NCBI RefSeq assembly: GCF_009914755.1 | Contig: NC_060928.1 | Reading direction: 5' to 3' (one strand) | DNA: 64,000 nucleotides | From: the human T2T-CHM13v2.0 reference genome, Homo sapiens | In this document: positions 14,640 through 27,951 of the stretch, one piece after another | Layout: the number at the start of each line of letters is the position of its first letter | Numbering within the stretch: position 1 is the stretch's first letter | Notes under the pieces: model-generated | The model's input: the letters and a program-made list of their open reading frames with translations, nothing else | The model's database searches: none | Told to the model about the DNA's origin: nothing | Position numbers and translations under genes: made by a program

Positions 14640-15420
14640 CGCCCCCCCCCCTCCCATTTTGGCTAGCCGCAGAGTCCAGCGGGTCTCTGGGACGGCGTGG
14701 GAGAATCAGGAAGTCGAAGCCACACAGCCAAGAAGGGGCAGCTGGCGTCTCGGAGGCCGTCACGAGCTGTCACTCCGCGCCCGCCGGAGTTGCCGCTCAG
14801 TTACCAACTTCAACCCGGAGCCGGCTACGGAGCCTCCCGCCGCCCCTACCCCGCGTCCCCATCACCCCCGCGCCCCCGGCACCCCCGGACCCCCGCGCCC
14901 GCGTCACTTACTCCTCTGCCGTCGCCACCTGTCTGGGTGCCGGTCTCCTCCCTGCCCGGCCGCGGCGCGTCCTCCCCGTCCTCGCAGTCGCCGGGCTGTG
15001 CGCTTCCCCCCTCCAGCAACAGCCGCAGCCTCTTCTCCTCGGGAGGGACGTCGTCCTCCTCCCTCCTGGGAGGGCCATCCCTGCCTCGGGGCTTGCCAGT
15101 GGCTTCGGAGCTGCCGGAAGGGCTGGCAGTGGCTCCGGGGGCTCTGCCTGCACTTGGGGAAGAGGAAGGACCTGTCGCGAGCGGCCTCTCGGCGGAGCTG
15201 GGGCGTCTGAGCGCGGGCTCGGTGGGTGCGCGCGGCGCGGAGCTGGGCATCGGCGCCGGCGCGGGCTCCGGCGCGGGCTCCTCCGCGGGCCGCTCCTCGC
15301 TCTCTGGCGCCCTCTGCTGGCCTGGCGCGCACCGCGGACACGCAAGGCCCGGGCCTGCGCCGCGCTCACCTGTCCCGGCCCAGGTGCTCGCTGTCCCTTG
15401 CCCGTGGCCAGGCCCGCTCT
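14640..15420. promoter_or_regulatory. CpG island / putative promoter and first exon region
   Basis: Very GC-rich with dense undepleted CpG, unlike the flanks. Confidence 0.8.
14912..15250 (-). pseudogene. Duplicated first coding exon, 113 open codons (MPSSAPRAPTEP...TQTGGDGRG); probable paralog of the distal first exon of RBFOX1
   Basis: ATG at 15250; no stop over 339 nt; ends in phase 0 at consensus donor GGA|GTAAGT (14911-14906); inside the CpG island. The RBFOX1 link is recalled, not verified. Confidence 0.5.
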
Positions 15421-16954
15421 GGCCAGGCCCTGCACCTCCTCCCTGCCCCAGCCAGTTTGCACCCCGATGGTCTCCCTGCCCAAGGAGGAGAGAAGAGAAG
15501 GGAAGCCCCGAGAGGGTGGACATCGGCCACAGCCACCTTGTCTTTGCTCTTACCCTGTGTCTTGCATGATTTGGAGGTGGTGGGAAACCCGAGGTTGCTC
15601 AAAACTCGTGGAGAATTCCGCCTGCAGGATGACATGAATGCACCTTCGCATTGCCTACCAACAGATCTTTTCTGAGCATCACTGTGGACCAGGCGTGGTG
15701 ATGGGGGAGGGGACATTGTGGTGAACATGACAGGCATGGCCTTCACCCCGTGGGGCTCAGCGCTGGGTCAGAAGGCATTGAGAATGGACATTGTCAATTG
15801 GGCCAAAGGAGGCCAAGGAGAAGAGCGGGGGGCATGGGAACTGAGAAAGACAGGAGGCTCAGCAGGTCTTGGAGCTGGGAGAGGGACAGCAGCAGCGGCT
15901 GTTCCAAAGGAAGCAACAGCTGAGAGAGGTCTCAGAGAGTTGTTCTCAGCCCAGTGGAGCATGTTCGGGCAGAGGGAACAGCGTGTGCAAAAGCCCAGAG
16001 GCTGGGAAAGAAGCAGAAAGAGGACTGTGGGGCTGGAGCGTGGAGGGCGAGGGGTGAGAGGTGTGGTGGGCAGAGAGATTGCCTGGGAGCCAGCAGTGCA
16101 GGGACAAAGGAGATAGGGGATCCTTGCAGGCCCCCAGCCAGGTCTCAGGCACAGAGATAATGCAGGTGGGCAAAGAGAGGAAATGTGGAGAAATATTTTG
16201 GAGGCATGCCCTAATGAATGAGCCCACAATGCACTCTTAGTGTCAGTGTGCAGCTCCTTCCTTGGCTGTGTGATCAGCTGAACCCGGGGGTATTTTCTGG
16301 ACATGGAGGTGCTACACCAAGAGTCCAGGACAGGCTAAGTGAGTACCAGCAGCTCCTGGCCTACCTCAAAAGCAGGAGAGACAGGGGAGACTGGGGAGGC
16401 CGGGGAGGAAGGGGAAGCCAGGAAGGCAGGAGAGGCCAGGGAAGCAGAGGAGGCCAGGGAGGCAGTGGAAGCAGGAGAGGCTGGGGAGGCTGTGTCCTTT
16501 CCATGATTCTGCCCGGGATCTTAGGCCCCTGAACTCCCTGAGCTTCTCCACCCCAAGCGCTGGAACCATGTTGCACAACCGTCTCTCCACTAAGCTCCTG
16601 ATGGCGGCCCCTACCCTGCTGTGCTCCCTATTTCAACCCTAAAAGCTCTCACAGTGGGCAGCACATAGTAGGTGCTCAGGAAACACTGGTGGGAGAGCAC
16701 ATGGGTCTGCTCAGCACCTTCCTCTCTCCTCCAGCTCTCCCCTGCTACGAAATAATTCTGATAACGACACATGGGCTTTGAGACCCTCTTCTATTACTTT
16801 CCATATGCTAATCCATCTATACTTCACAGCAGCCCTGGGGGTGGGTGCTATTAGGATGTCCATTTTACAGAGGAGAGACTGAGGTATAAAGAGGGTAATG
16901 ACATAGGCACAGTACAGAGGCCGGGGCCAAGTGATCGCAGCACTCAATCCCCAA

Positions 16955-17525
16955 AGGCAATGTGGACGCAGTTACCATAAAAGACAGCAGAGTCAAAGCT
17001 GCAACCAGAATAGCCTGACTCGCAGAGAACTATGGTGCCAGCTGATTGTGGCATTCCTAGAAGTGAAATAGATAAGAAGCCTGCCACATTTTTACTTGAT
17101 CTGTGTTTGCAGAAGTGTTCTAGGTCAGGTGAGTAGAAGTCTAATCTGAATCATAATAACAGAGTCACAGTCCTCAGTCAATTCCCAGACATAAGCCAGT
17201 TCACAGACCCGGAGTCCCTTGTCTGAATGGGAAGCCAGGTCCCCTCCAGAAAGGACTCTGCTCCACTGCCAAAAATTTATACTGTCAATTTTTCTCCCAG
17301 CCTGCCCCCGAAGGAATACACAGCCTTTTACCAGGATGACTGAACAGGGGAAAAGGAACTGATGAGATCTGTGCAGGATCACTGGACACAGGCTCTGAAC
17401 TGGCACTAGGGCGAGACTAGGGTCTACCAGTCAGAATAGGCATTTTGGAGGTCAGGTGAATGTTGATGAAAGTTCATGTCATGGTAGATCCATTGAGTCC
17501 CCAAATCCATCCTCTGGTTATATAC
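16955..17525 (+). mobile_element. ERVL (HERV-L/ERVL-int) internal fragment, gag end and protease
   Basis: agccagttcacagacccggagtccctt (SQFTDPE) and ctggacacaggctctgaactg (LDTGSEL, protease active-site motif) at ~17382. Confidence 0.7.
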
Positions 17526-17838
17526 AAAGTGGCTTTGCTGAGATTCAAATTCAGGGCATCCAACATAGAGGCTGTGCTCTTACTCATGAAACATTCTGAC
17601 ACTAGTAACCAATTTAAAAATGCAAACACCTCCTGGGGCTAGCCAGAGTCCTCCAAACAGTCACGTAAATTGGTTCTGTCAAGGATTTCCTCCTACACCC
17701 TGCTGAGAGCCAGTTGCAAGGAGAGGCTAGGGAAGGGCATTGGGTAACTTTGTTTCTAAAAGCTCTTTTGGATAAAGACGTTTGGGAAAAGAAGCAAATA
17801 GAGTCCAGCAGAAGAGGTAAGAAAGTAAGTTTATGTTT

Positions 17839-18150
17839 GGCCAGGCACGGTGGCTCACACCTGTAATCCCAGGACTTTGGGAGGCCGAGGTGGGCAGATC
17901 ACGAGGTCAAGAGATCGGACCATCCTGGCTAACATGGTGAAGCCCCGTCTCTACTAAAAATTCAAAAATGAGCGGACCATGATGGCACACGCCTGTAGTC
18001 CCAGCTACTCGGGAGCCTGAGGCAGGAGAATCACTTGAACCCAGGAGTCAGAGGTTGCAGTGGGCCGAGATCATGCCACTGCATTCCAGCCCGGCGACAG
18101 AACGAGACTCTGTCTCATAAAACAAACCAAGACAAACAAACAAACAAAAA
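17839..18150 (+). mobile_element. AluS
   Basis: Alu consensus with A-rich tail. Confidence 0.9.
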
Positions 18151-18381
18151 AGCAAGCTTATTTTTAAGCCTCAAGAAGTGTAGTGGTTTAGGGGTTCTGC
18201 AAATACGGCCCCAATCAGGCTACAAGATGTTGTGGCAGCAACACTTACACCCAGTCACTCCTGGCTGGCTGAACCACTTTTCAAAACACCCTTGCACAGC
18301 TGTGCAGAGCGCCTGGCACCACTGGCAGCCGGCAGAGCCATAACTCACACTGTCACCACTCCCCTCAAACCCTTTCAGTAA

Positions 18382-18704
<323 letters not shown>

Positions 18705-19436
18705 TCAATGCAACAGGAATAAACATTTGCTGCAGAGCGGCCATGTGCAGGGAGGAACACGGTTCCACTCAGGCTCAGAAAGCAAAACCTCCTGGCTGTT
18801 TGCATCTGTGCGAGAGCTTGCAGGAAAAGCCCTCTGTGTGGCTGCCAGCCTCACACACTCCCCCGAAGGGATGAGTTTCTCTTTCCATGTTAATCTATGC
18901 CCTGACGTGCCATCTGTCAACCACCATACCATTCTCAGTTGACCTTTCAAAGCATCTTTGCCCTTTGAATGGTCACCAGCCCTGCCCTGCAAGCCCCCAG
19001 GTGACATTGAACTTAAACGAGAGAGAAAACAGGTTTCGGGGTGGATTTCAGTTCAGCATCTTGGAATCTCTGTGTGGACATGAAATCTGTCTCCCGAGCC
19101 ATGGGCTGCATCCTTGTTTGTCATCTGGTTTTGTTCTTGGGGACTTGGAAACTCGTGGGCACATTTGCAATTTGTCAAGAAGCTGCACGGCCCTTCCAAC
19201 AAAAGCAAGCAATAAGAACAGAAGCCCAAGGCTTCAGATCAAGGTGCGACTTAAAGCAGCCTCAGTGTAAAAGCAAACAGGAGTCAGAGGGATGCCTAAG
19301 GCGGAGTCTAGTCTCCAGGGCAGCTATAAGGCAAAGAGAAAGAGAGAGAGATAGACAGAGACAGACACAGAGACAGAAAGACAGAGAGAGATGGGAGGAG
19401 ACATGAGGCACCCAGGCCTCTGCATCAAAATCCCTA

Positions 19437-19721
<285 letters not shown>

Positions 19722-20277
19722 TCACTCTGGCTATTTGAATGGATGATAAGAAGGTAAGAGCAGAAGCAAGGAGACCAGCAGTGAGATTCTGCAGGCGGGA
19801 GTCCACAGTGGCTCAGACCAGGCTGGCACTGAAGACCTGCTAGATTCAGTATATATTTTGATGATGAAGCAACTCACTGACTCTTGAAGAGTGGACTCTA
19901 GGAGACTGTATTTTTAACAAGCTCTCAGAGGATTCTAATGCAGGTTGAAGTTGAAGAACTCCTGATTTAGGTGAAGCTTCTGTTTCATCCTAGGGGAAGT
20001 ACGAACTGACTTTTCTCCAAGCCACCTCAAAAGAGGCGCTAGACAAGATGTGCTCCAATGTCTGAAAATGTGTGCACAGCTCTAGAGCCGACCTCAGGAC
20101 ACTGAGTCAAAGGTTAGGAGTACAACAGTGAACAACCACCATCCTCTTTTCAATGATCTTTGCATTTAATGAGAGAAATAAAAAGCAAAAAGAAAAATCA
20201 TTTTCAACTCAGAATGGTAGGAGTTATGGTGACAGTATGCCTGGGGCAATGGGAGCACAAAGAAGGGGCACCCAATC

Positions 20278-20576
20278 GGCCAGGTGCAGTTGTTCATGCC
20301 TGTAATCCCAGCACTTTGGGAGGCCAAGGTAGGTGGATCACTTGAGGCCAGGAGTTCGAAAACAGCGTGGCCAACATGGTGAAATCCTGTCTTTACTAAA
20401 AATACAAAAAGATTAGCCAGGTGTTGTGGCGGGCACCTGTAATTCCAGATACTCAGAAGGCTGAGGTGGGAGAATTGCTTGAACCCGGGAGGCGGAGATT
20501 GCAGTGAGCCAAGATCGCGCCACTGCACTCCAGGCTGGATGGCCAGAGCGAGACTCCGTCAAAAAAAAAAAAAAAA
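20278..20576 (+). mobile_element. AluS
   Basis: Alu consensus with A tail. Confidence 0.92.
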
Positions 20577-20689
20577 GCCAGGAGATGGGTGGGCATGCAA
20601 TCTCTATCAGGTGGTGAGAAATCCTTCTCCACTACAGGACTCCTCAGTTGAAGACTAGAAAATGGTAGGGATTAGCCAGATCGATAGGA

Positions 20690-21350
20690 GAGGTGTGGAA
20701 GATCATTCCCAGCAGAGGGAAGAGCATGTGCAAAAATCGAGACATGAGAGGGTGAGAAGCTGAGAGATGTTCATATAATTGTAAAAAGTGACTAATGTAG
20801 AGGTAAGTTGGAGCCAAATCTTAAAGGCTCTTTGTCGTGTTTATCCTGTAGACAAAGGGAGACAGTAGATGTTTTTATGCAGGGGAGTAATGATCCACTT
20901 TGTGCTATAAAAAGAGCAGCCTGGCTGGAGGAGAGTGGGAGGTGAGTAGACCAGGTAGGAAGTTGCAATACACCAAGTGAGACAGGATGGTTGGCTGGAC
21001 CAAGGCTGTGGCAGTGAGGATGGAGAGGAGACAGTAGACTAACTTGACTGAGAGAGAGGGAGGAATGAAGAATGAGGCCCAGGTGTTTTGGAAGCTGGGT
21101 GAATGGTGGTGTGAATCTGACGTGGTGAGCCCTGGCAGAAGAGGAAATCAGGAGAGGAAAGGTAAGATGAGGTCAATGCAAGACAGACAGCCAAGTGGAG
21201 ATAACAACTGGGCAGTCGGATTCATCAGGCTGGAGTTATACAGAGAGCTCTGGAATGGAAATAAAGAGGAAAGGACTTTGGGAATAGGTGAATCCTCCCA
21301 GAATAATGTGTAGAGAAAGGAGAATAGAACACAGGGGACAGAAAAAGGGA
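20690..21350. mobile_element. L2 fragment
   Basis: Purine-rich L2-like motifs (agcatgtgcaaa, ggaccaaggctgtggcagtgaggatggagagg). Confidence 0.5.
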
Positions 21351-22370
21351 AGCGATTTGTTATTAAAACCAAACATCCATCAGACATCTTCCAATACAAC
21401 ACTTGTTAGAGGTTTCCTCAGTGTGAGTTATTCAGGACCAGAGCTAAAGACCATATTCCCAATAAAATCACTGCTGGGAAGGCCTTCATGAAAACATTTA
21501 ATGCTGCTTTTAAAACAACAACAACAACAACAAAAAAAAGGCTTTAGCTACTGCACAGACCCTGGAGCAATTTTTCGGCAAGAGTCTATCAAACACGAAT
21601 CTGCTCTGACTCAAGGAGGTGTCATATCAAGTGTAAAAATCCAATTCCAATGTCCATAAGAGCCTTTCTGCCAGGTACAAGACCCTAATCCAGTTGAGTG
21701 ATTTTCTATTGATTAATAGGCTGGGAATACACAGGTTGTTGGTTTTTGAGATTTCCCTCCCTGTGCCTTCATGCCAGCTGTGAAAGAGTCAAAAGCCTCC
21801 TAACTGTCAAAATAAAAATGACACTTGGTCACAGAGGAAACAGATTATAGGTCAATCACATTGATGACTTTTTAACTATGAGAAGCCATTAATGTTACTG
21901 AATAAGCAAATCTGTTTGCATAACCAGATTTTTATAGGCTACTGGGAATAAAGGTTTTCCTAAGTGGGTGATTAGTACAACGATAGCATTTGGGTCTCTG
22001 ATGGAACAGCTCTGATGAGGAAATGTTCCTTTAATTATGTGGAAGGCCAATTACCACGTTTAGCCACATTGTTTTGCAGATTGCGTATAATTTCACCATT
22101 TCCATAGCTTCAGCACTATAATTCTGGAGAAAATTCAGGCACCAAGGAGACACTTGAGGCACATTATGCTGGAGACAAAGACGTTTTAGCAAATTCAATT
22201 TAAGCTTCAACATTAAAGTTATTTTGTTGAATAAAACATAATGCAATAATGAGCTTGTGTATGTCAACTGTATAGTGGAGGTAATAATAGCTAGAGAGAG
22301 CATGTCCCGTCTCTTCTTTTTAATGCTCATTCGAGTAATACATAATGCTATAGAGAGAACCTTTCTCTAA

Positions 22371-22768
<398 letters not shown>

Positions 22769-22858
22769 CACTTGCTTTTTTTTATACTCTGAGATTTCTT
22801 ATTCCCAGTGCCTACCAGGAATAGACTTTCTGGAGAAGCTCAGATTAATCACTCCTTA

Positions 22859-24255
22859 TGAGAGGTGAAAGCGTGCTGGCAGCCCTCACAGCCCTCGCTC
22901 ACTCTCGGCACCTCCTCTGCCTGGGGTCCCACTTTGGCGGCACTTGAGGAGCCCTTCAGCCCACAGCTGCATGGTGGGAGCCCCTTTCTGGGCTGGCCAA
23001 GGTCGGAGCTGGCTCCCTCAGCTTGCAGGGAGGTGTGGAAGGAGAGACATGAGCCAGAACCGGGGCTATGTGTGCTGCTTGCCTGCCTGCTGGAGTTCTG
23101 GGTGGGCGTGGGCTTGGCAGCCCCTCACTAGGAGCTGCCGGGCCGGCCTTGCCAGCCCAGGCAGTGAGGGGCTTAGCACCTGGGCCAGCAGCTGCTGTGC
23201 TCGACTTCTCACCAGGCCTTAGCTGCCTCCCCGTGTGCCAGGGCTTGGGACCTGCAGCCCACCATTCCTTAGCCTTCCTGCTCCATGGGCTCCTGTGTGG
23301 CCCAAGCCCCCCCGACGAGCACCGCCCCCTGCTCCACGGCACCCAGTCCCATCAACCACCCAAGGGCTGAGGAGTGTGGGCGCACGGAGAGGGACTGGCA
23401 GGCAGCTCCACCTGCGGCTCCTGTGTGGGATCCACTGGGTGAAGCCAGCTGGGCTCCTGAGTCTGGTGGGGACTTGGAGAACATTTATGTCTAGCTAAGG
23501 GATTGTAAATACACCAATTGGCACTCTGTATCTAGCTCAAGGTTTGTAAACACACCAATCAGCACCTTGTGTCTAGCTCAGGGTTTGTGAATGCACCAAT
23601 CGACACTCTGTATCTAGTTACTATGGTGGGGACTTGGAAAACCTTTCTGTGGACACTCTGTATGTAGCTTATCTAGTGGGGACGTGGGGAGCCTTTGTGT
23701 CTAGCTCAGGGATTGTAAACGCACCAATCAGCACCCTGTCAAAACAGACCACTCAGGCTCTCTGTAAAATGGACCAATCAGCAGGATGTGGGTGGGGCCA
23801 GGTAAGAGAATAAAAGCAGGTTGCCCGAGCCAGCAGTGGCAACCCGCTGGGGTCCCCTTCCACACTGTGGAAGCTTTGTTCTTTTGCTCTTTGCAATAAA
23901 TCTTGTTGCTGCTCACTGTTTGGGTCCACACTGCCTTTATGAGCTGTAACACTCACTGATAAGGTGTGCAGCTTCACTCCTGAAGCCAGCAAGACCGTGA
24001 ACCCACTGGGAGAAATGAACAACTCCAGACGTGCAGCCTTAAGAGCTGTAACACTCACCGTGAAGGTCTGTAGCTTCACTCCTGAGCCAGCGAGACCACG
24101 AACCCCACCAGAAGGAAGAAGCTTCGAACACATCCGAACATCAGAAGGAACAAACTCCAGACACACGACCTTTAAGAACTGTAACACTCACCAGGAGGGT
24201 CCACGGCTTCATTCTTGAAGTCAGTGAGACCAAGAACCCACCAATTCCAGGCACA
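22859..24255 (+). mobile_element. Solo LTR12 (ERV9), LTR12C-like, 1397 bp, TSD CTTA
   Basis: Starts tgagaggtga...gtgctggcagccctcacagccctcgc and ends ccaattccaggcaca; tandem caccaatcagcac enhancer repeats at ~23510-23780; ctta on both sides. Confidence 0.95.
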
Positions 24256-24669
24256 CTTATACACTTGGCACTGGGAGGTCTGTATGGAGCAAGTGAAGAA
24301 ATCAGCAGAGTGAAGATAGAGGGAGAACAACATGATGGGGGAAAGGCAAAGTTACTGCCATGTTGGTTTCAATTGTGCCACTAATGAGTGAGACCCATGA
24401 CCTCCTCTCTCTAGGACTCTGTTGTTCTTATCTGTAGAGTGGAGGAATAGAAGGGCCTTTTAAAGTATTAACATTTCCTGACCTATTTGTAAAACACTTC
24501 CATTCAAACTGATGGGAATCTTGACTGCTTTGCCAAGAGGACATAATAATCATCAAGCTGAATGCACCAAACAACATTGCCTGAAACTATCTAAGCAAAA
24601 ACTGAGAAAGTTACACAGGGCAGACAAACCTCCTATAAGAGTAAGAACTCTTCAGCACATGCTTAGTGT

Positions 24670-25050
24670 GTCAAAGACAATGCTGTGTTCACACCATTCC
24701 TCTTCCTGGACATGCAGAAAGACTACATTTCCCAGCCTCACTTGCAGTTAGTTTGCAACCATGTGACTGCATTTCCACCAATAGGAATGTAAGAAATAAC
24801 TTCAGGCCAAGGTTATCAAAGACAAGTGTGAGCTATGTTCCCTCTCTTCCTATCCATATGGCTACAAGCGAAAAACTCTGAGATGGCAGAATTAAAAGAT
24901 GGAAACCTCCAGAATCTCTGAATCACTGTTGGACAAGGGCCCCCAAGGAGAACCCCTGCCCTGCACCAGACTATGCTATGGGTGCCAACCCACTGAGAGT
25001 TCAGGGTTTATTCATCTCAGCAGCAGTCTATTGTTACACTGACTAATATC
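24670..25050. mobile_element. MLT1 (MaLR) LTR
   Basis: gactacatttcccagcctcacttgcagttag...ccatgtgactg motif. Confidence 0.65.
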
Positions 25051-25144
25051 CTAAGGTTTGAGAGATCTAGCATATTGTTAATTGAAGCTAGATTTCAATT
25101 ATACTGAGAAACTTATCTATTTAAAAATAAAAACTCTCCTAAAA

Positions 25145-25450
25145 AAACAAATAATCCACATTCCTTTTAACAACATGTGGCAAATTTGCAAAAAAAAAAA
25201 AAAAAAAAAAAAAAAACAAAACTGGCCACATATTAGGCCATAAAGAAGTCTCAACAAAATCCACTATACGATTGACATTGTCCAGACCACATTTTCCTGA
25301 CCATAATGCAACAAAAGTAGAAGTCAACAGCAAGAAGATAGCTAAACACAAGCATACATTAGGAAAATTAAAAATATCCTTTCATGAGTTAAATGAAAAA
25401 TCACAATAGAAATTACTAAACATTTACAACTGAACGAAAACACAACTTTA
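25145..25450 (+). mobile_element. Old L1M ORF2 (endonuclease end) fragment
   Basis: ccacatattaggccataaagaagtctcaac...ttcctgaccataatgca matches the L1 EN region. Confidence 0.7.
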
Positions 25451-25570
25451 TATATATATATGTATTTTTTGTGTGTGAGTCTTCCAACTTTGTTCCTCTT
25501 TTACAAGGTTATTTGGGAAATTCTGGGTCTCCTGCAATTCCTCATACAGTTTTATGCTGTTTGTCAATTT

Positions 25571-25954
25571 CTGTGGCTGGGATGAACTTATCGTAGTTCT
25601 CATAGACCAGAATTTGCATGTCTCTGTCTAGATCCCGGATCTGCTGCACCATGTCTGTCTCACTGTCCATCAGCTGGGCCAGAGGGCACTCTCTAGGCAG
25701 CTTGTCTAGGTAAACTTCCGGGTCAAAGTGCTCCCCGTTCAGATCAGTGGGGTCCAGGGGGTCGGGCCCCGCGGGGAGTCCCACGGCCTCCCCTTCCGAA
25801 AGGCCGTTGTAAAGCTTTAGCATCCTGTGCGCCTTCCGCCGACGCTCCGTGAGCCTCCACATCGGGCCCTTCTGGGGAGTCCCCAGGTCCACACCCTGGG
25901 CTAGGCCCTGTGACAGCTGCCACCGCCATAGCTCCAACTGCAGCCCACGGGCGT
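25571..25954 (-). pseudogene. VPS51P: VPS51 processed pseudogene (5'UTR plus first ~120 codons), frameshifted
   Basis: ATG at 25929 [22 protein letters not shown]; after a frameshift near 25850, [21 protein letters not shown]...[32 protein letters not shown]...[13 protein letters not shown]. This matches the VPS51 N-terminus with no intron. Confidence 0.92.
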
Positions 25955-26714
25955 AACTTTTTATATTTTTAAGTTGGATACATGGAGCTACTTGGCTTTT
26001 GCTTTCATCACATCGTTGAGGAAAGAGGTGGTTGCTTATGGTACCCCTGTTTTTACTGCAACCTGTAATGGATGAGAACCTCCCTGTTGCAGAGAGCAAA
26101 ACACTGAACTAAATTGTGCTGTAACACAGCCCTGTGTTGGGGGATTGGGAGTAATCATGCAAACGCTTGCAAATTTGCACAGTGACAGAGACAATCGTTT
26201 GGACAGCTGTTCACTATATGAAAAGGCAATTGACCAAAAGTCAGTTACTGAGCTGTCTCAATACTTTCATTTTATTTTAACTTTTGGCAACAGGGTGCAA
26301 TTAAAGGAGAGAAAGAAAACAAAGTGATAAGTGTAAGATAATGTACACACATGTGTAAAAGAAAATGACAAGACAGGATGACTATTTGTCTCTTGGTTAG
26401 CTCCTTGGGCTCTATGTCTCCTTCCTCAGAGAACCTCGTTTTCCTTTGTCCAGATTTCTTAGGGTGGATAATCCAGGTGCTTGATCCCCCATGATGGAAG
26501 CCAAAGACGTCCCTGGAGCCGCCTCCCACTGCACCCTTTCCTGCACTGCCCACATGGACACAACTCAGCCGATTAGACTTCCTCTCAGAACTTTAGTCTT
26601 GAGCAAAGGAATTAAAGGGTGAAGTGACTGAAGGTATGCCCTTCCAAAGTGGTACGTGAGCTAATGGCTAAAGTTTGCCAAGCCCATCCAGGCACATTTT
26701 TTCGTAATTTTTAT

Positions 26715-27016
<302 letters not shown>

Positions 27017-27951
27017 TTCCAAAAGTTTTAAGCAGAGCTCAGAGGTCTTAACCACAGGCACATCAGAAGAGCATTTTCGAAATGCTTTCCAGCTTCCTCA
27101 ATAGAAATGGAAGCCAAACTCCGAATTGATGACTCCTTTGAGGAAGTCGAGAGCTGTAAGAAAAGCCAGGAACAGGGGCAAGGTAGGGATGTGTCCCGAA
27201 TGATCCTGTGCCAATTCTTTCTGGAATCCTTGATGTGATCTCAGCTGCCCTTTCTATACATGACACAGTCATTGTGGCACCCACTGGTCTAGCTGTGGTC
27301 TACAAGGAACCCCCAAAGGGAAGGGCACAGTGAGCAGGGCCATCGGCCTGAGTGACGAGGATTTGAGAGGGCAGGTTGGATGCAGGGAGAGGACTGGCCA
27401 AATGCCATAAGTCTGGACTTAGACTGCCTGGTTCAAATTGGACTTCACCCTTTTTGACTTCATGATCTGGTACAAGCTACATGAAACTCCGTTGCACCTT
27501 TTCTAGTCTGTAAAATCATCATGAAATGTGCACTAATAACGTGGAGACTATGCAGATGAAATGAAACCAGCTGCATAGAGCACAGAGCTCAGAGCCTGGC
27601 CTTTAGGAAGCCCTCAGTTAAGGGTTCACGATGCCATGGTGTCTGTCGTCATCCTCTTTATCCTCATCATCACCTTCATAATCTCTTTGTTGTTCTTAGG
27701 GAATAGTTTAGAGGGACTGATTCCCTTCTATCATAGGTGAGATGTCTATGAAAAGGACAACCAGTGGGGGAGGAAAGAAAAATTTTGAATAAGATTTCTG
27801 GGACCCCCAGCACAACCAAGAACAGAAACTCCACAGTCTGCTGAGCACAGAGTTTGCATATTGGTCTCCTCACATCTGCCCAGCGCATTCTCCTGTTTGT
27901 CCTGAGGAGGAGGAAACAAACAAGGCTCCCGACCGTCCCTCAGCACTCACT

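Noticed and set aside
14548-15637. Long plus-strand ORFs (348, 290 and 220 aa)
   Set aside because: Overlapping low-complexity ORFs in several frames are expected from stop-poor GC-rich DNA. Only the minus frame has a start-to-donor structure.
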